Source: Octopus vulgaris | Lineage: Eukaryota | Direction of reading: 5' to 3' | Length of the DNA: 64,000 nucleotides | NCBI GenBank assembly: GCA_951406725.2 | Contig: OX597828.1 | Coordinates: 42,160,001 to 42,224,000, forward strand | Shown here: positions 51,523-64,000 of the stretch, piece by piece | Layout of the letters: every line of letters begins with the position of its first letter | Numbering within the stretch: the stretch's first letter is position 1 | Notes under the pieces: model-generated | The model's input: only the letters and a program-made list of their open reading frames with translations | What the model was told of the DNA's origin: nothing | Databases searched by the model: none | Position numbers and translations under genes: made by a program

Positions 51523-52262
51523 CCACACGCCTATTATATAGTTTTGAAAGTCTTCTACTTGATTCTGTGGCCATGCTGGAGCACAACTTTGAAGTGTTCA
51601 TCAACCAGGTAAATACGCACGCGCACACACAACCGCACAATGTCTATCTAGCTACCATCCTACACTTATCTCTCTGCTTTTCACATTCTCTCGCTCATAC
51701 ACCAACATACTCACACAACTTTCTCTCTCTTTCTCACTTACTTTCAATTTTTCTAGTATCCAGTTTCACTACTTCTCTCTCTCTCTCTCTCTATCCCACC
51801 CCTCTCCCTGTCTCTCTTTCCCAAGATAAAACTCAGTCACACTCATTCTCAACTAATACCCCCAAATCTGTCTGTCTGTCTGTCTCTTTCTCACTAACAC
51901 TCATCTATATATCCCTTTATTTTCTTCCCCTTAATCCCTCATCTTCTGTATCCTTTCTCTATCTCTCTTTCTCTCTCCCTATTCAACACCTTATGTTACC
52001 CTGTTCAACACCTTAAAGCTTTTTGATACAGCTTAACTTAAACGCACATTACTTAAAGTTTAACGAACGCAAGCCACGTTCTCATCGCGATTCATATAAC
52101 AATATAAAAAACTCATTGACCATTAAATTTTGAAAGGATTCCTTGCTTCCTAGTGGGTGCCGAACGTAGTCTTGTTCTACTTCATAAAATATCTCGCGGG
52201 GCCCCTAACCCCTTAGATTACAGATGTGAGACATCATTGTGTTAACATTTGTACCGAGAGTA

Positions 52263-52500
52263 AGGCGGTGAGTTGGCAGACTCGTTTATACGCCGGACAA
52301 AATGCTTAGCGGCGTTTCGTCCGTCTTCATTGCTGGTCTTGTGCCAAACTTTGAAATCAGATTTGTGGCGAGGGACAAATTCCGCCGAGGTCGACTCATT
52401 CTTTCGAGGTTGATAAAATAAATACCATTTGAATGCCGGGGTCGATACAACATACACTTTACCTCGAACTCACCGGCCTTGGAACAAAATTTGAAAACAA
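52263..52500 (+). mobile_element. Meta-domain SINE (degenerate)
   Basis: AGGCGGTGAGTTGGCAGA..AAATTCCGCCGAGGTCGAC. Confidence 0.7.
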
Positions 52501-52969
52501 TATTTGTCCTGAGAGCAATGTACCATTGACCTGGGTGTTGTAATATATGAACAAAATTCGTTATTATTGTCGCCATTATATTGTTCAGTTGAACTGACCA
52601 AGCGGACAGAGTAGAAAACGTAAGTCACATGCATATTCAGCGGTGCGTACAAATTTTCACTTAAAGTTACATTGATCTCGATCATCAAAACAAGGGCGTT
52701 TACATTACTATCATAATTCTCCATGCTGATGTTGTTGAACCAGAGGTCAGCTTTGATCGAGCAAACAAAAGGCTGTTGACGTCCCAAATGTGTCCAAAAT
52801 TATGTTATAAATTTTACGCTCTTCTCTTTTTAAAGAGAAAGAATTTCAAAGAGATTTAGTCACTATTTCTAGCAAGTCTTGGCGTTGTTTAAACGCAGAT
52901 CAGATCGCCTTCTTGGCGGGCGTTGTTTAAACGCAGATCAGCCATCGGCATCCCGACCGTGACCAGAAG

Positions 52970-53250
52970 TACATTATATCCTTGCCTTTGCAACGCGGAC
53001 TAGATGGAACAGGGACAACTGATGAAGGGGAATATTCTTTATGTTACAGGTCTCGTTTCTCGTGGGGGGGGGGGGGTTTGTCGTTGTTCGAAAAACAGTT
53101 CGTTTTCTATGTTTTTGTTTTTGTTTTCGTTTCGCAATGTGTTCAAAGTTTTTTTTTTATGTCCTGTACCAATATATGCATATATATATATACATATATA
53201 TGTAGGTATGTACATATATGTATGTATAAATGCATATAATTATATATTAT
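52970..53250 (+). mobile_element. PLE-type repeat (family of 62200-62420), degenerate rearranged hammerhead
   Basis: CCTTTGCAACGCGG..GGGACAA-CTGATGA-AGGGGAA; reverse complement similar to 63000-63240. Confidence 0.65.
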
Positions 53251-53831
53251 TTATATTATAAAACACGCGCTTCTCTCTTTCTTAAGAGAAAGAATTTCAA
53301 AGAGATTTGGCCACCATTTCTAGCAAATCAAGTGCCCTGATAGTAGCTCCCCTTTCGGCTCGTAATCACTTGTTGGTTCATTGCCTTGTTTCGGCTGTTG
53401 CGTTCATTGGTAGGAATGATAGTAGTAGTAGTGATGATGGTGGTGGTAGTGGTGGTAGTGGTGGTGATGGTAGCTCATTTCGTAGTGGTGCTGGTTGTGA
53501 CGGTAACAGGTTTGGCTGAAGCTGTGATTGGAGGTATTAGTTTTAGCGATGGCTGTCATAGGAGTAAGGTATTGATGGGCACGCACGGGGGGTCGGTATT
53601 GCAGGTGATGTTGTTAGTGATGGTGGTCATGTTCGGATTGGTATTGACGACAACCGTAGCAGTGGTTGTGTTGGTGATGGTTGGGGTAACTGTCGCGATG
53701 ATGATGGTGGGATTAGCGGCTTGGGTGTTGGCAAAGGTGATGATGGTGATAATGATGCTGGTGATGGTAGTAGTGGTAGACGTAACTGTGATAGTAGAGA
53801 ATGTCTCGATACTGATGGTATGGTGGTAGTA

Positions 53832-54397
53832 TTGGGTTGTCCGGAAAGTTCGTGCCGATTTATAGTAGCTTACCTTTCGACTTATTTTAGAACATGGTTG
53901 AGTCCATAAAATAGGATTTGACTACATTTCCATTTAGAGCACAGTTTAAGCTATCTTTTCGTGGAAGAAGGTTTATGTTCCAATAACCTGTGTTAATTCT
54001 GTAACCCTTTAAAATGGAAGATAAGAAAGTTCATTTTCAGCACTTCATGTTTTGGGAACCAGACAAAAATTGCTGCAGATCGGCTGGGATGTGTTACCTC
54101 ACCCTCCATATTCACCAGATATTGTTCCTTCAGATTTCCACTTATTCAGATCTCTGCAGAATAGTCTTAATGGTAAAAATTTCAATTCCTTGGACGACGT
54201 AAAAAGATACCTTGATGAATTCTTTGCCATGAAACCACCTCAATTCTGGGAAGAGGGTATTTTCAAGTTAAAGGAAAGATGGAGACACATTGTGCAACAA
54301 AATGGTTTATATTTGGTTGATTAAAAATGTAATGGCAAGTATTTATTGACCTTTTTCTTTCCTTTAAAAATCGGCACGAACTTTCCGGACAAACCAA
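53832..54397 (+). mobile_element. Internally deleted mariner element (same derivative as 33754-34337)
   Basis: TA-flanked TIRs; MEDKKVHFQH joined to GTRQKLLQIGWDVLPHPPYSPDIVPSDFHLFRSLQN... Confidence 0.92.
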
Positions 54398-54677
54398 TAG
54401 GTTTGTTGTGGGCGGTGGCAAAGTGACAGTGGCAGTTTGGTGTTGATCTTGCGTTTGAAGAGGTTGCTTGGTCGGATGTGGTGCATGGTGAACCGCAGTA
54501 GGCGTACGGTCATGCTGGAGCACTGACTGGCCCACACCATTTCTCTTTGCGTCAAATTACAGCAAGTCAGGATCACAAACTTAGTTCAGAATTGCTTGAA
54601 ATAGAAGGAAGAATAAATGGAAAGGTGCAAAATAATCAAATATTGTTGGTGAACGCTGAGGTTACACACGTAGAGTC

Positions 54678-54758
<81 letters not shown>

Positions 54759-54761
<3 letters not shown>

Positions 54762-55128
54762 CAAAATAAGAAAATGGAGAAATACATCCAAATCAAATAT
54801 CAACTACCAGATAATACCCAATCACATACTTTATTAAACCACTACATAAGAAACTTTAAGGTCAAACATAATAATATATTGGACAAAACAGTGTACATAA
54901 AGGAGTAATATGATACAATAAGTACAATATGTATAAGAGAATATAAATATAAATAAATATAAATATAAATATAAACTACATCTTACAGCTGTTTCGGCCA
55001 TGCAGATAAGTATGTCTCATTTTACTTATATCAGCCATTATGTAGTGGTTTAATAAAGTATGTAATTGGGTATTATCTGGTAGTTGATATTTAATTTGGA
55101 TGTATTTCTCCATTTTCTTATTTTGTAT
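54759..55128. repeat. ~90-bp inverted repeat around a partial hammerhead (PLE-type inverted terminus)
   Basis: 54759-54849 is the reverse complement of 55038-55128; minus strand GGCC-GAAACAGCTGTA-AGATG lies at 54979-54999. Confidence 0.75.
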
Positions 55129-55297
55129 TATGAATTTGTGGTAAAACATTTTACCTTTGCCCATATAATACAGTAAATGAATTAATTGCATCGCAATTCT
55201 TAACATTTATGTATTAACTTTGTTGGGTACTTCACTAGCAGTATATTGGATATATGTTATCCCATGGAGGGTTGCATTTACAACCTCTATCTCAATT

Positions 55298-55366
<69 letters not shown>

Positions 55367-55817
55367 GTGTGTGTATGTTGTGTGTATATATATATGTATG
55401 CATATATATTTGTGTATGCGAGTGTACATATATATATACATTAGGAATCTTGCAAATCATATACATATATGCATGTGTGTGTGTGTGTCTTTCACTACCG
55501 CTTACTAACCGGTGTTGGTGTGTTTACGTCGTTATAACTTAGTAGGAGGGACTAAAAATTAAGTATGACCTTTAGAATAAGTACGAAACTTTACACCCCC
55601 CCCCCCACACACACAAAAATAAACAAGTACTGAGGTCGATTCGTTTGATTATAATTCTTCAAGGCGGTGCCCCAGCATGGCAGCAGTTCACGGAGTGAAA
55701 GCAGTAAAAAATAAACAAAAAAAATATAAGTATAGATGCGTAAGTATATATAGTTAAATATATATCACATAAGTATACATACATGCACACATATACACAC
55801 ATATATAGATATATGCG

Positions 55818-56108
55818 GAAGAAGAAGAAGAAGAAGAAGAAGAAGAAGAAGAAGAAGAAGAAGAAGGAGGAGGAGGAGGAGGAGGAGAAGAAGAAGAAGA
55901 AGAAGGAGGAGGAGGAGGAGAAGAAGAAGAAGAAGAAGAAGAAGAAGAAGAAGAAGAAGAAGAAGAAGAAGAAGAAGAAGAAGAAGGAGGAGGAGGAGGA
56001 GGAGGAGAAGAAGAAGAAGAAGAAGAAGAAGAAGAAGAAGAAGAAGAAGAAGAAGAAGAAGAAGAAGAAGAAGAAGAAGAAGAAGAAGAAGAAGAAGAAG
56101 AAGAAGAA
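55818..56108. repeat. (GAA)n/(GAG)n purine tract
   Basis: Seen directly. Confidence 0.95.
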
Positions 56109-57056
56109 CGTGAACGTACTTTGAATCTTTAGTAAGATTCGATCTCACTATTTTCACCTTCGGAAGGTCTTCGTTCATAGAATTGTCGCAACCTTTCTGT
56201 CATTTCTTCATTCAGACAGAATACCAGTTACACGGTCTTTAGACAAGATCTCGCCTCTGTCTCTCTCTCTCTTTCCCTCTCTCACCACCCCTCTCACAAC
56301 CTCGTTCTTTCCTCCTCACTCTCTCTTTCTCTCGTTAACTTTCTCTCTCTCTCTCTTTCTCTTTGTTTTCCACATAATCTTTTTTAACTATGAAGGTATT
56401 GCGAAGACACAAAGCCCTAATGAGATCTGCGCCATAATAGTTTCGAAGGATAAAACACACACACATACACACACAATCTATACATACATACATACATACA
56501 TACATACATACATACATACATACATACATACATACATACATACACGCATGCATATACACACAGTTTTATTCTAGTTTCGATTTAAATAGATTATCCTTCT
56601 GTGTTGACGATTTTCTCGTGTTTTCGATCTGGTAACCAATAGGAGCTTGGTTACCGTTTGAATGAAACTTTAGATAATACACTTCATAGCACAAAAGCAT
56701 TGTGGGATGCAAGGTACAACAATAATACTAATACTAATAATAATAATAATAATAATAATAATACGCTCAAGCTTCTTGTGTCATATTAGAAGCAATTATA
56801 CTAAGCCATTCCAAGTTCTTCATTCCGGTTTTTCAGATTAACTTAAATCGGTTTTCCGAGACTGCTATATTATCAACAGTTTTCCAGAACATAAACAGAG
56901 TCAAGAGATAGAAGAAAGAAACTCTGAGAAGATAAATGGAATCGGCTTGTCTTGAAGTCTTTATTCAATGTTAAGATTGATTGATAAAATAAATATATTT
57001 CGTTAGTTATTGATGATAGATTCGGCTTCGGATATATATACATACATACACATATA

Positions 57057-57149
<93 letters not shown>

Positions 57150-57226
57150 ATATATGTATGCATATATATATATGTATATATGTATGTATGTATGTATGTA
57201 TGTGTGTATGCATATATGTGTGTATT

Positions 57227-57270
<44 letters not shown>

Positions 57271-57358
57271 TGTGTGTATGTATATATATGATGCGTATAT
57301 ATAAGTATATATACATACACATGTGTCTATGTATACATATATATATATATTTATGTGT

Positions 57359-57430
<72 letters not shown>

Positions 57431-58109
57431 CGAAATTTCTGTTCATTTTGCACAGTAGATATTTGTTTCTCTTTAATACCTATGACATTTAATCAATGTT
57501 TCTAATCTAATCATGGAGAGAAAGTTGTTCTGTTTTGTTTGGGTGGAAATAAATTGTTGGCCTCTTAGACGGAACTGTCGCGAGTTCGAATCGCGTGACA
57601 GGAGAAGAAAAAATTTAGCAAAGATAATATCTTGTTACATTTATTAAACAAATGGGGGAATGAAAGCCGACGAAGAAGCGTTTACATGGTTGATTGGCTT
57701 GTTAGAAATAGTAGCGAAACTTCCCCTCCCTCAAATTCCAACTTACCACCTTGTATTAAAACGAAAGGATACATTAGATAGTGTAATCCTGCGAATTCGC
57801 AAAAGGGCGAGATGGTCACCGCTAGAATAGATTTTTATCATATAGCTTTTTCGTCTAGTAATGATGTTAAACAGCAGCAACAAATTGCTGCTATTTCTAG
57901 TTGCGATGTCCACCGTTGACAAGACTAAGGAAGGCTGAAATCACGTGATCTGATAGTTCCAGGGGATGGGCAGTAGCGGGCAATTAACTCCCTTTAGCTA
58001 TACAAACATGAGTGATTGTATGCACCGCAAGTTCTTATGAGAAGTTTTCTCGTGGTAAATAACGCAGTATTTTGTGTTCTCATAAAACATCTGCTTTTAA
58101 GAGGAGATA

Positions 58110-59308
58110 AATATCCCCTTTCTAATTTTCTTCCAAAATTCACTTGCACCAGACGAAAAATACTCCTCCAGTACTGTTCTGACCTCGTCTACAGAATTCA
58201 CAATTTTTTCCATCCAAATGGCGCAGGAGTGGCTGTGTGGTAAGTAGCTTGCTTACCAACCACATGGTTCCGGGTTCAGTCCCACTGCGTGGCATCTTGG
58301 GTGAGTGTCTTCTACTATAGCCTCGGGCCGACCAAAGCCTTGTGAGTGGATTTGGTAGACGGAAACTGAAAGAAGCCCGTCGTATATATGTATATATGTA
58401 TGTGTATGTATGTTTGTGTCTGTGTTTGTCCCCCTACCAACGCTTGACAACCGATGTTGGTGTGTTTATGTCCCCGTCACTTAGCGGTTCGGCAAAAAAG
58501 AGACCGATAGAATAAGTACTGGGCTTACAAAGAATAAGTCCCGGGGTCGATTTGCTCGACTAAAGGCGGTGCTCCAGCATGGCCGCAGTCAAATGACTGA
58601 AACAAGTAAAAGAGTAAAGAGTAAAGAGTAAATGATTTTGAAAACCTGTGGAATAAATGATAATCAGATGGTGCAATGTCCTGCGAATATGGTGGGTGGG
58701 GCATCGTTTCCCAATGAAACTGTTCCAGCTTTTGGAATGTCATCCTCACTGTATGTAACCGAGCATTATCCTGGTGGAAGAACACCTTTCGTCTTGAAAC
58801 CGAAGATGGTCGTTTTCCTTCTAGCGCAGGTGTCGATTAATGCTTGAATGACCAAATCCAAGCTTCTCTGCCAGTTCCTCAACAGTTACGATGGAATTTT
58901 GTTCCACCAGGGTTTGCAGGACTTCCCCGTCGAGCTCTACAAATCTTGCAGGACATGGCTCGTCTTCTAAGTAGTTTCCAGCTCCAAATTTCTGGAGCCA
59001 CGCTTACGCTTATTCTCCGATCCCCATATACTGCATCAATATTCCTCGCACTTTCCGCAGCGTTGTTGCCTTTATTGAACTCATAAAGCAAAATATGCCG
59101 AATATGCTCCTTTGTCACTTCCATTATAGCTTTGAAAAAATAACGATTAAAATCGAACTCCACTCTTCAAAACTTGCACTAAGAATAAGGACAAGGTAAA
59201 ATTACTACCTGCTTTTATCACAAATTGATGCAGGTAATTTATCCCGTTCCCCTCCGTCTTTTAATTCATACAATTGAAAACAACCGCATTATTTATTGGA
59301 TGACCCAA
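58110..59308 (-). pseudogene. Decayed mariner transposon interrupted by a SINE
   Basis: TA-TTGGGTCATCCAATAAATAATGCGG TIR; MEVTKEHIRHILLYEFNKGNNAAESARNIDAVYG; FHQDNARLH..WETMPHPPYSQDIAPSDYHLF..QNH|LDGK. Confidence 0.88.
58220..58629 (+). mobile_element. SINE family B, full length, inserted in the mariner
   Basis: Family consensus with an AAAT duplication at both ends. Confidence 0.92.
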
Positions 59309-59341
59309 TATATTTATATGTACATAAACATACATACATAC

Positions 59342-59416
<75 letters not shown>

Positions 59417-60196
59417 GTAGAAAAGTAAAGGTACCGTTCGGTTGTGAATGATCATGGGATTGCATTTGGAAAGTCCCCTTTCGAGTTACAAATTCAGGGG
59501 CAAGGGGTTGTTTATAGAAGACCGACAGTCACCCATGCATACCAGTCGCCCCTCTCCACCGTGGCACCGATGTTGTCCCCTGTACAGTTTTCTCCGACCA
59601 AATCCATTCGCAACATTTTGGTCGATCGAGGGTTATAGTTAAAAGACACTTGCCGAAGGTCCCCTACGTAGTGGAACTGAACCCGGAACCAAGTGGTCGG
59701 GAAGAAACCTTTTTTTTTTGCCGAAAGAACACGTCTGCGCCTATGCAGAGAGGAATTCATACACAATTTGAGGGGAACAACTTAAAACAGGAAGAGAGCG
59801 CAATGGGAGAAATGAAGATATGAATTAACTTTAGATGTGCTGATGTGGGGAGAATTTAGTATCTAGAGGAACGGAACACAGTTTTTGAACCCAAGAAGGG
59901 AAGTGGGGCATATGTGCATGGGTGTGCACATGTGCAAGTTTGCGTACACACACACACACTTGCACACAAACACATAGTTATATTTATATGTATGTATGTG
60001 TGTATGTATGTGTGTATATGTGCATATGGGTGTGTTTTAATAAATATGTGTGTGTATTAATGCATATGTATATGTATGCAAATACATACATACATATATG
60101 CATACACACACATGTATATATATATATGTATATATTATATATAATATACATACACACACACATATAAATATATATATACATATATATATATACATT

Positions 60197-60271
<75 letters not shown>

Positions 60272-60484
60272 ATATAGACATGTATGTATATATATATATA
60301 TATATACAGACACACATATATACACCCATTTATACATGCTTAACGAGAGCCAGAGAGAAAGAGAGTCAGAGATGTGTGTGTCTGTGTCAGTGAGTGTGTG
60401 TATGAGTGTACATTTGTACGTGTGTGTGTGTGCATGGTTGTATATATGTGTGCGTGTGTGTGTGTGTGTGTGTGTGCATGCTTG

Positions 60485-60522
<38 letters not shown>

Positions 60523-60904
60523 AGTGTGTGTGTGTGTTTGTGTCTGTGTCTGTGTCTGTGTGCATGCTTGCTAGTCCGTGTATCAGTGTGTGTGTGTGTA
60601 TGTGTGTACGTGCGTGAGTATGTGAATACATGTTTTCTTGTGGCAATGTATATTCTCAATGATATTTTCTCTCTCCCCCGTTCTCTATCTCCCTCTCTGT
60701 CCCTCACTCCTCCTGTCACTCTCTTTCATTCTCTCCCATTTTTTTCTCTCATTTTTCTCAAGATGCTATCACTTCAACAAATTTTGAAGGAATAAAACAG
60801 AGGAAGCTGTGTGTCAAGCTGGTCGTCATTTCACAAACGAAATATATGGTCGCATACAACATGTTAACAAGTGGCATAATATCTGCTAGCTATCATTTGT
60901 GTTG

Positions 60905-61110
60905 CATCAGAATAGCATTTTGGGCGTTGTATCCATGACTGCAAGACCGTGCTTTCGATTCCCATACTGGCCGTTGCTCTATGTTCTCGAGCAAAACACT
61001 TCATTTCACGTTCCTCTCCGATCAATTCGTCATATGACATGTGACACATCGTGCACATGGATAGGTAATGTCGATTTGAGTAAGGGAGTGAGCCTATGTG
61101 CAACACAAAT
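60905..61110 (+). mobile_element. Old Nin/Deu-like SINE
   Basis: GCTTTCGATTCCC..TCGAGCAAAACACTTCATTTCACGTT. Confidence 0.55.
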
Positions 61111-61254
61111 ATAAACAAATCATCTGTGCATATGAATATATATATACATTCATACATACACCCTGAGTGATAGTTTCGCGCTGGTGTGAGTTGCAACTAT
61201 GCAAAAGAAGCGACTCAGATCTTAGTTTCTAGCTGAATAAATATTTACCTACTT

Positions 61255-61670
<416 letters not shown>

Positions 61671-62087
61671 GTCTGTTTGTCTGTCAGTACATCAGTCTAA
61701 CACTCAGCAACCTGAGACATTCTGATAACACCACACCTATTGCAGTAAATAAAGGCCTTTATACTGCATGATATTTTTGAATGCAGTGGAAAGTGAGTCA
61801 TATTCTCAATAGGGACAAAACAAAACTTTTTGCGGCAAACATGTAAATTTTCTGTTCAGTAATAAAAAAAAAAGAAAAAAAAACAGAAAAGAATAGAATA
61901 GAATAGAAAAAGTAATTGTTCATATATTCAACTTTCTTGAAGCTATGATTAACACAGGTAGATTACGCAACATGAAAAGGACGTTACGATCTTGAATATG
62001 TAACATCATGCCAGCCAATTTAGTTTACGTACAAGCAGTTAGTTGACAAAATCTTCCCTCTGAGAATGTGTGACACACACACACACG

Positions 62088-62137
<50 letters not shown>

Positions 62138-62161
62138 GATACATACACATACATACATACA

Positions 62162-62189
<28 letters not shown>

Positions 62190-62194
<5 letters not shown>

Positions 62195-62928
62195 GTACAT
62201 ACCTACATCTATATGTATATATATATGCATATATGGGTACAGGACACCACAAAAAAAACCTAGAACACAACGAGAAACGAAAACAAAAACAAAACAATGA
62301 AACGGACTTTTTTTTAACAACGAAAAAACAGAGTACAAGACAACACAAGGTACATTCCCCTTCTTCAGCTGTCCCTGTTTCGACTCATTGCGTGTTTCGC
62401 AGGTAAAGGCAGAACACGACTACACGGAAACAGTCCTTCCCGCAAAGCTAATTAAATAAAAAAATTTTGCGTAGGGGTAAAAAAATGGTGACGTAAAAGC
62501 AATACGAATAAAGAAAAAAAACAGTACAAATAAAGATAAAAACAGTAAAAGACAGGATAAGGAGAAACCAACAAGTACTGTATTATCAGACGCTCAGGAA
62601 AATAAGGAAAGAGGATTTAACGTTTCGAGAAAAGCTCTTCTTCAGTAATAGAGGTAAGTCCAAAGGAAGGGAAGATGGAGGAAGAAAATCACCAACGATA
62701 TACAGGTGGTTACATATATTTGTCGTCACCGCGTGTGTATCGCTGGCGATTTTTTTCCCTCCGTCTTCCCTCCCTTGGATCTTTCCTTTTCCTATGTTTC
62801 TGACGGAGAGTTCCGCTCGTAACGTTAAATCCTCCTTCTTTCTTTCCTTTCCTGAGCGTCCAATAACTCTATACTTGTTCCACGTCCTCGCGTCGTTGTG
62901 TTTTCTCGTTGTGTTTTCATGTTTGGAT

Positions 62929-62977
<49 letters not shown>

Positions 62978-63240
62978 ACAAATTAATAAATAAAACATAT
63001 GCATATATACATACATATATGTACGTACCTACATCTATATGTATACATACATGCATATATGGGTACAGGACACCAAAATAAAAAACGTCGAACACAATGA
63101 GAAACGAAAACATAAACACAAAACCAAGGAAATAGACATTTTCCTTAAACAACGAAAAAAAAAAGTACAGGACATACAACACAAGGAAAATTCCCCTTCT
63201 TCAGCCGCCTCTGTTTCATCTACTCCGCGTTGCAAAGGTA
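62190..63240. mobile_element. Cluster of PLE-type terminal repeats: direct copies 62190-62420 and 63000-63240 flanking the foldback pair 62570-62879
   Basis: Shared ATATGGGTACAGGACACC..TTCCCCTTCTTCAGC segments; hammerhead motifs at 62355-62418 (-), 62616-62648 (-) and 62797-62829 (+). Confidence 0.75.
62355..62418 (-). ncRNA. Candidate non-circularly permuted hammerhead ribozyme (third family)
   Basis: CGUGUU|CUGCCUU..CCUGC-GAAA-CACG..GGGACAG-CUGAAGA-A-GGGG. Confidence 0.55.
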
Positions 63241-63317
63241 ATATTTGCATAGATATGTAGAGATATAGCCTTAGTGTATATCTATAGATTGTAGACACCA
63301 GTGTCAGAGCAGGTGGT

Positions 63318-63375
<58 letters not shown>

Positions 63376-64000
63376 GGTGGTGGTGGTAGTAGTAGTACCA
63401 GCAGCAGCAGTGTTAGTAGTAATAGTAGTAGTAGAAATAGCAGCAGCATCAGTAGCAGCAGAAGTGGTGCTTTTGGTAGAGTTTATGAATGTCTCAACAT
63501 TAATTTTCACCCTCTCCCCCACTCCCATCACCATTTGTTTCTGATTTTCCATAATTTCCTTTTTTTTGTTGTTGTTCTTTTTTTTTTTGTCTGTTTGTCT
63601 CTTTTTTTTTGGATTTTTCCTCTGTCGTTCGTTTACTCGATATAATTACAGTCATTCTCGCCCAGCAGAATTGTAATTATTAATGACGTTGGAGTTGTTG
63701 TTATTGCTGCTGCTGCTGCTGCTGCTGCTGTTGTTGTTGCTGTAGCCAATTGTTGTCTTACTTCGCAATGTTGTTGTAATTATCCACGTGTCAACTGCTC
63801 ACTACAGCTGACCCCTGGGTCACACTGCTGTCAATCTCCGAACTTCTATCAAACATATCAACTAGCCATATTATTCAGTTGTGCTAACCAGACACCCTGT
63901 TTTCTCTCCACCACTACCCCCAAATAGCACCGCCACCCCACTCTAAAGTTCCTCTACCTCCCCCCCCCCCCCTATTTTCATTTCTTTTCCTTTTCCTTTC

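Noticed and set aside
50850-52016. Longest ORF (388 aa)
   Set aside because: Built from (TC)n, (TA)n, (TATC)n and pyrimidine-rich low-complexity sequence.
63640-63900. (CAG/CAA)-rich segment as a poly-Q/S coding exon
   Set aside because: All three minus-strand frames are closed by stops just upstream; possibly UTR-like but unsupported.

Overview
This is AT-rich, gene-poor eukaryotic DNA made almost entirely of microsatellites, tRNA-derived SINEs and decayed transposons. The SINE families and repeat density point to a coleoid cephalopod, most likely Octopus (inference). No intact protein-coding gene is supported, and nearly all ORFs in the track are microsatellite or SINE artefacts. Recognisable elements are two non-autonomous Helitrons, Penelope-like (PLE), RTE, CR1-like and R4/Dong-like retroelement remnants, Tc1/mariner derivatives, a hAT-like MITE, several SINE families and a ~3.5-kb tandem duplication. 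The most notable signal is a dense set of hammerhead-ribozyme motifs in (TA)n-embedded PLE-type repeats. These include one fully canonical type I hammerhead, minimal dimer-type hammerheads, and motifs in at least three diverged repeat families whose three strands lie in the non-circular order [III'-UH-I]-[II'-GAAA-III]-[I'-CUGANGA-II], with stems I and III covarying. One such motif occurs twice, 778 nt apart, in a retrozyme-like partial tandem. All structures were read by eye and no activity is demonstrated.
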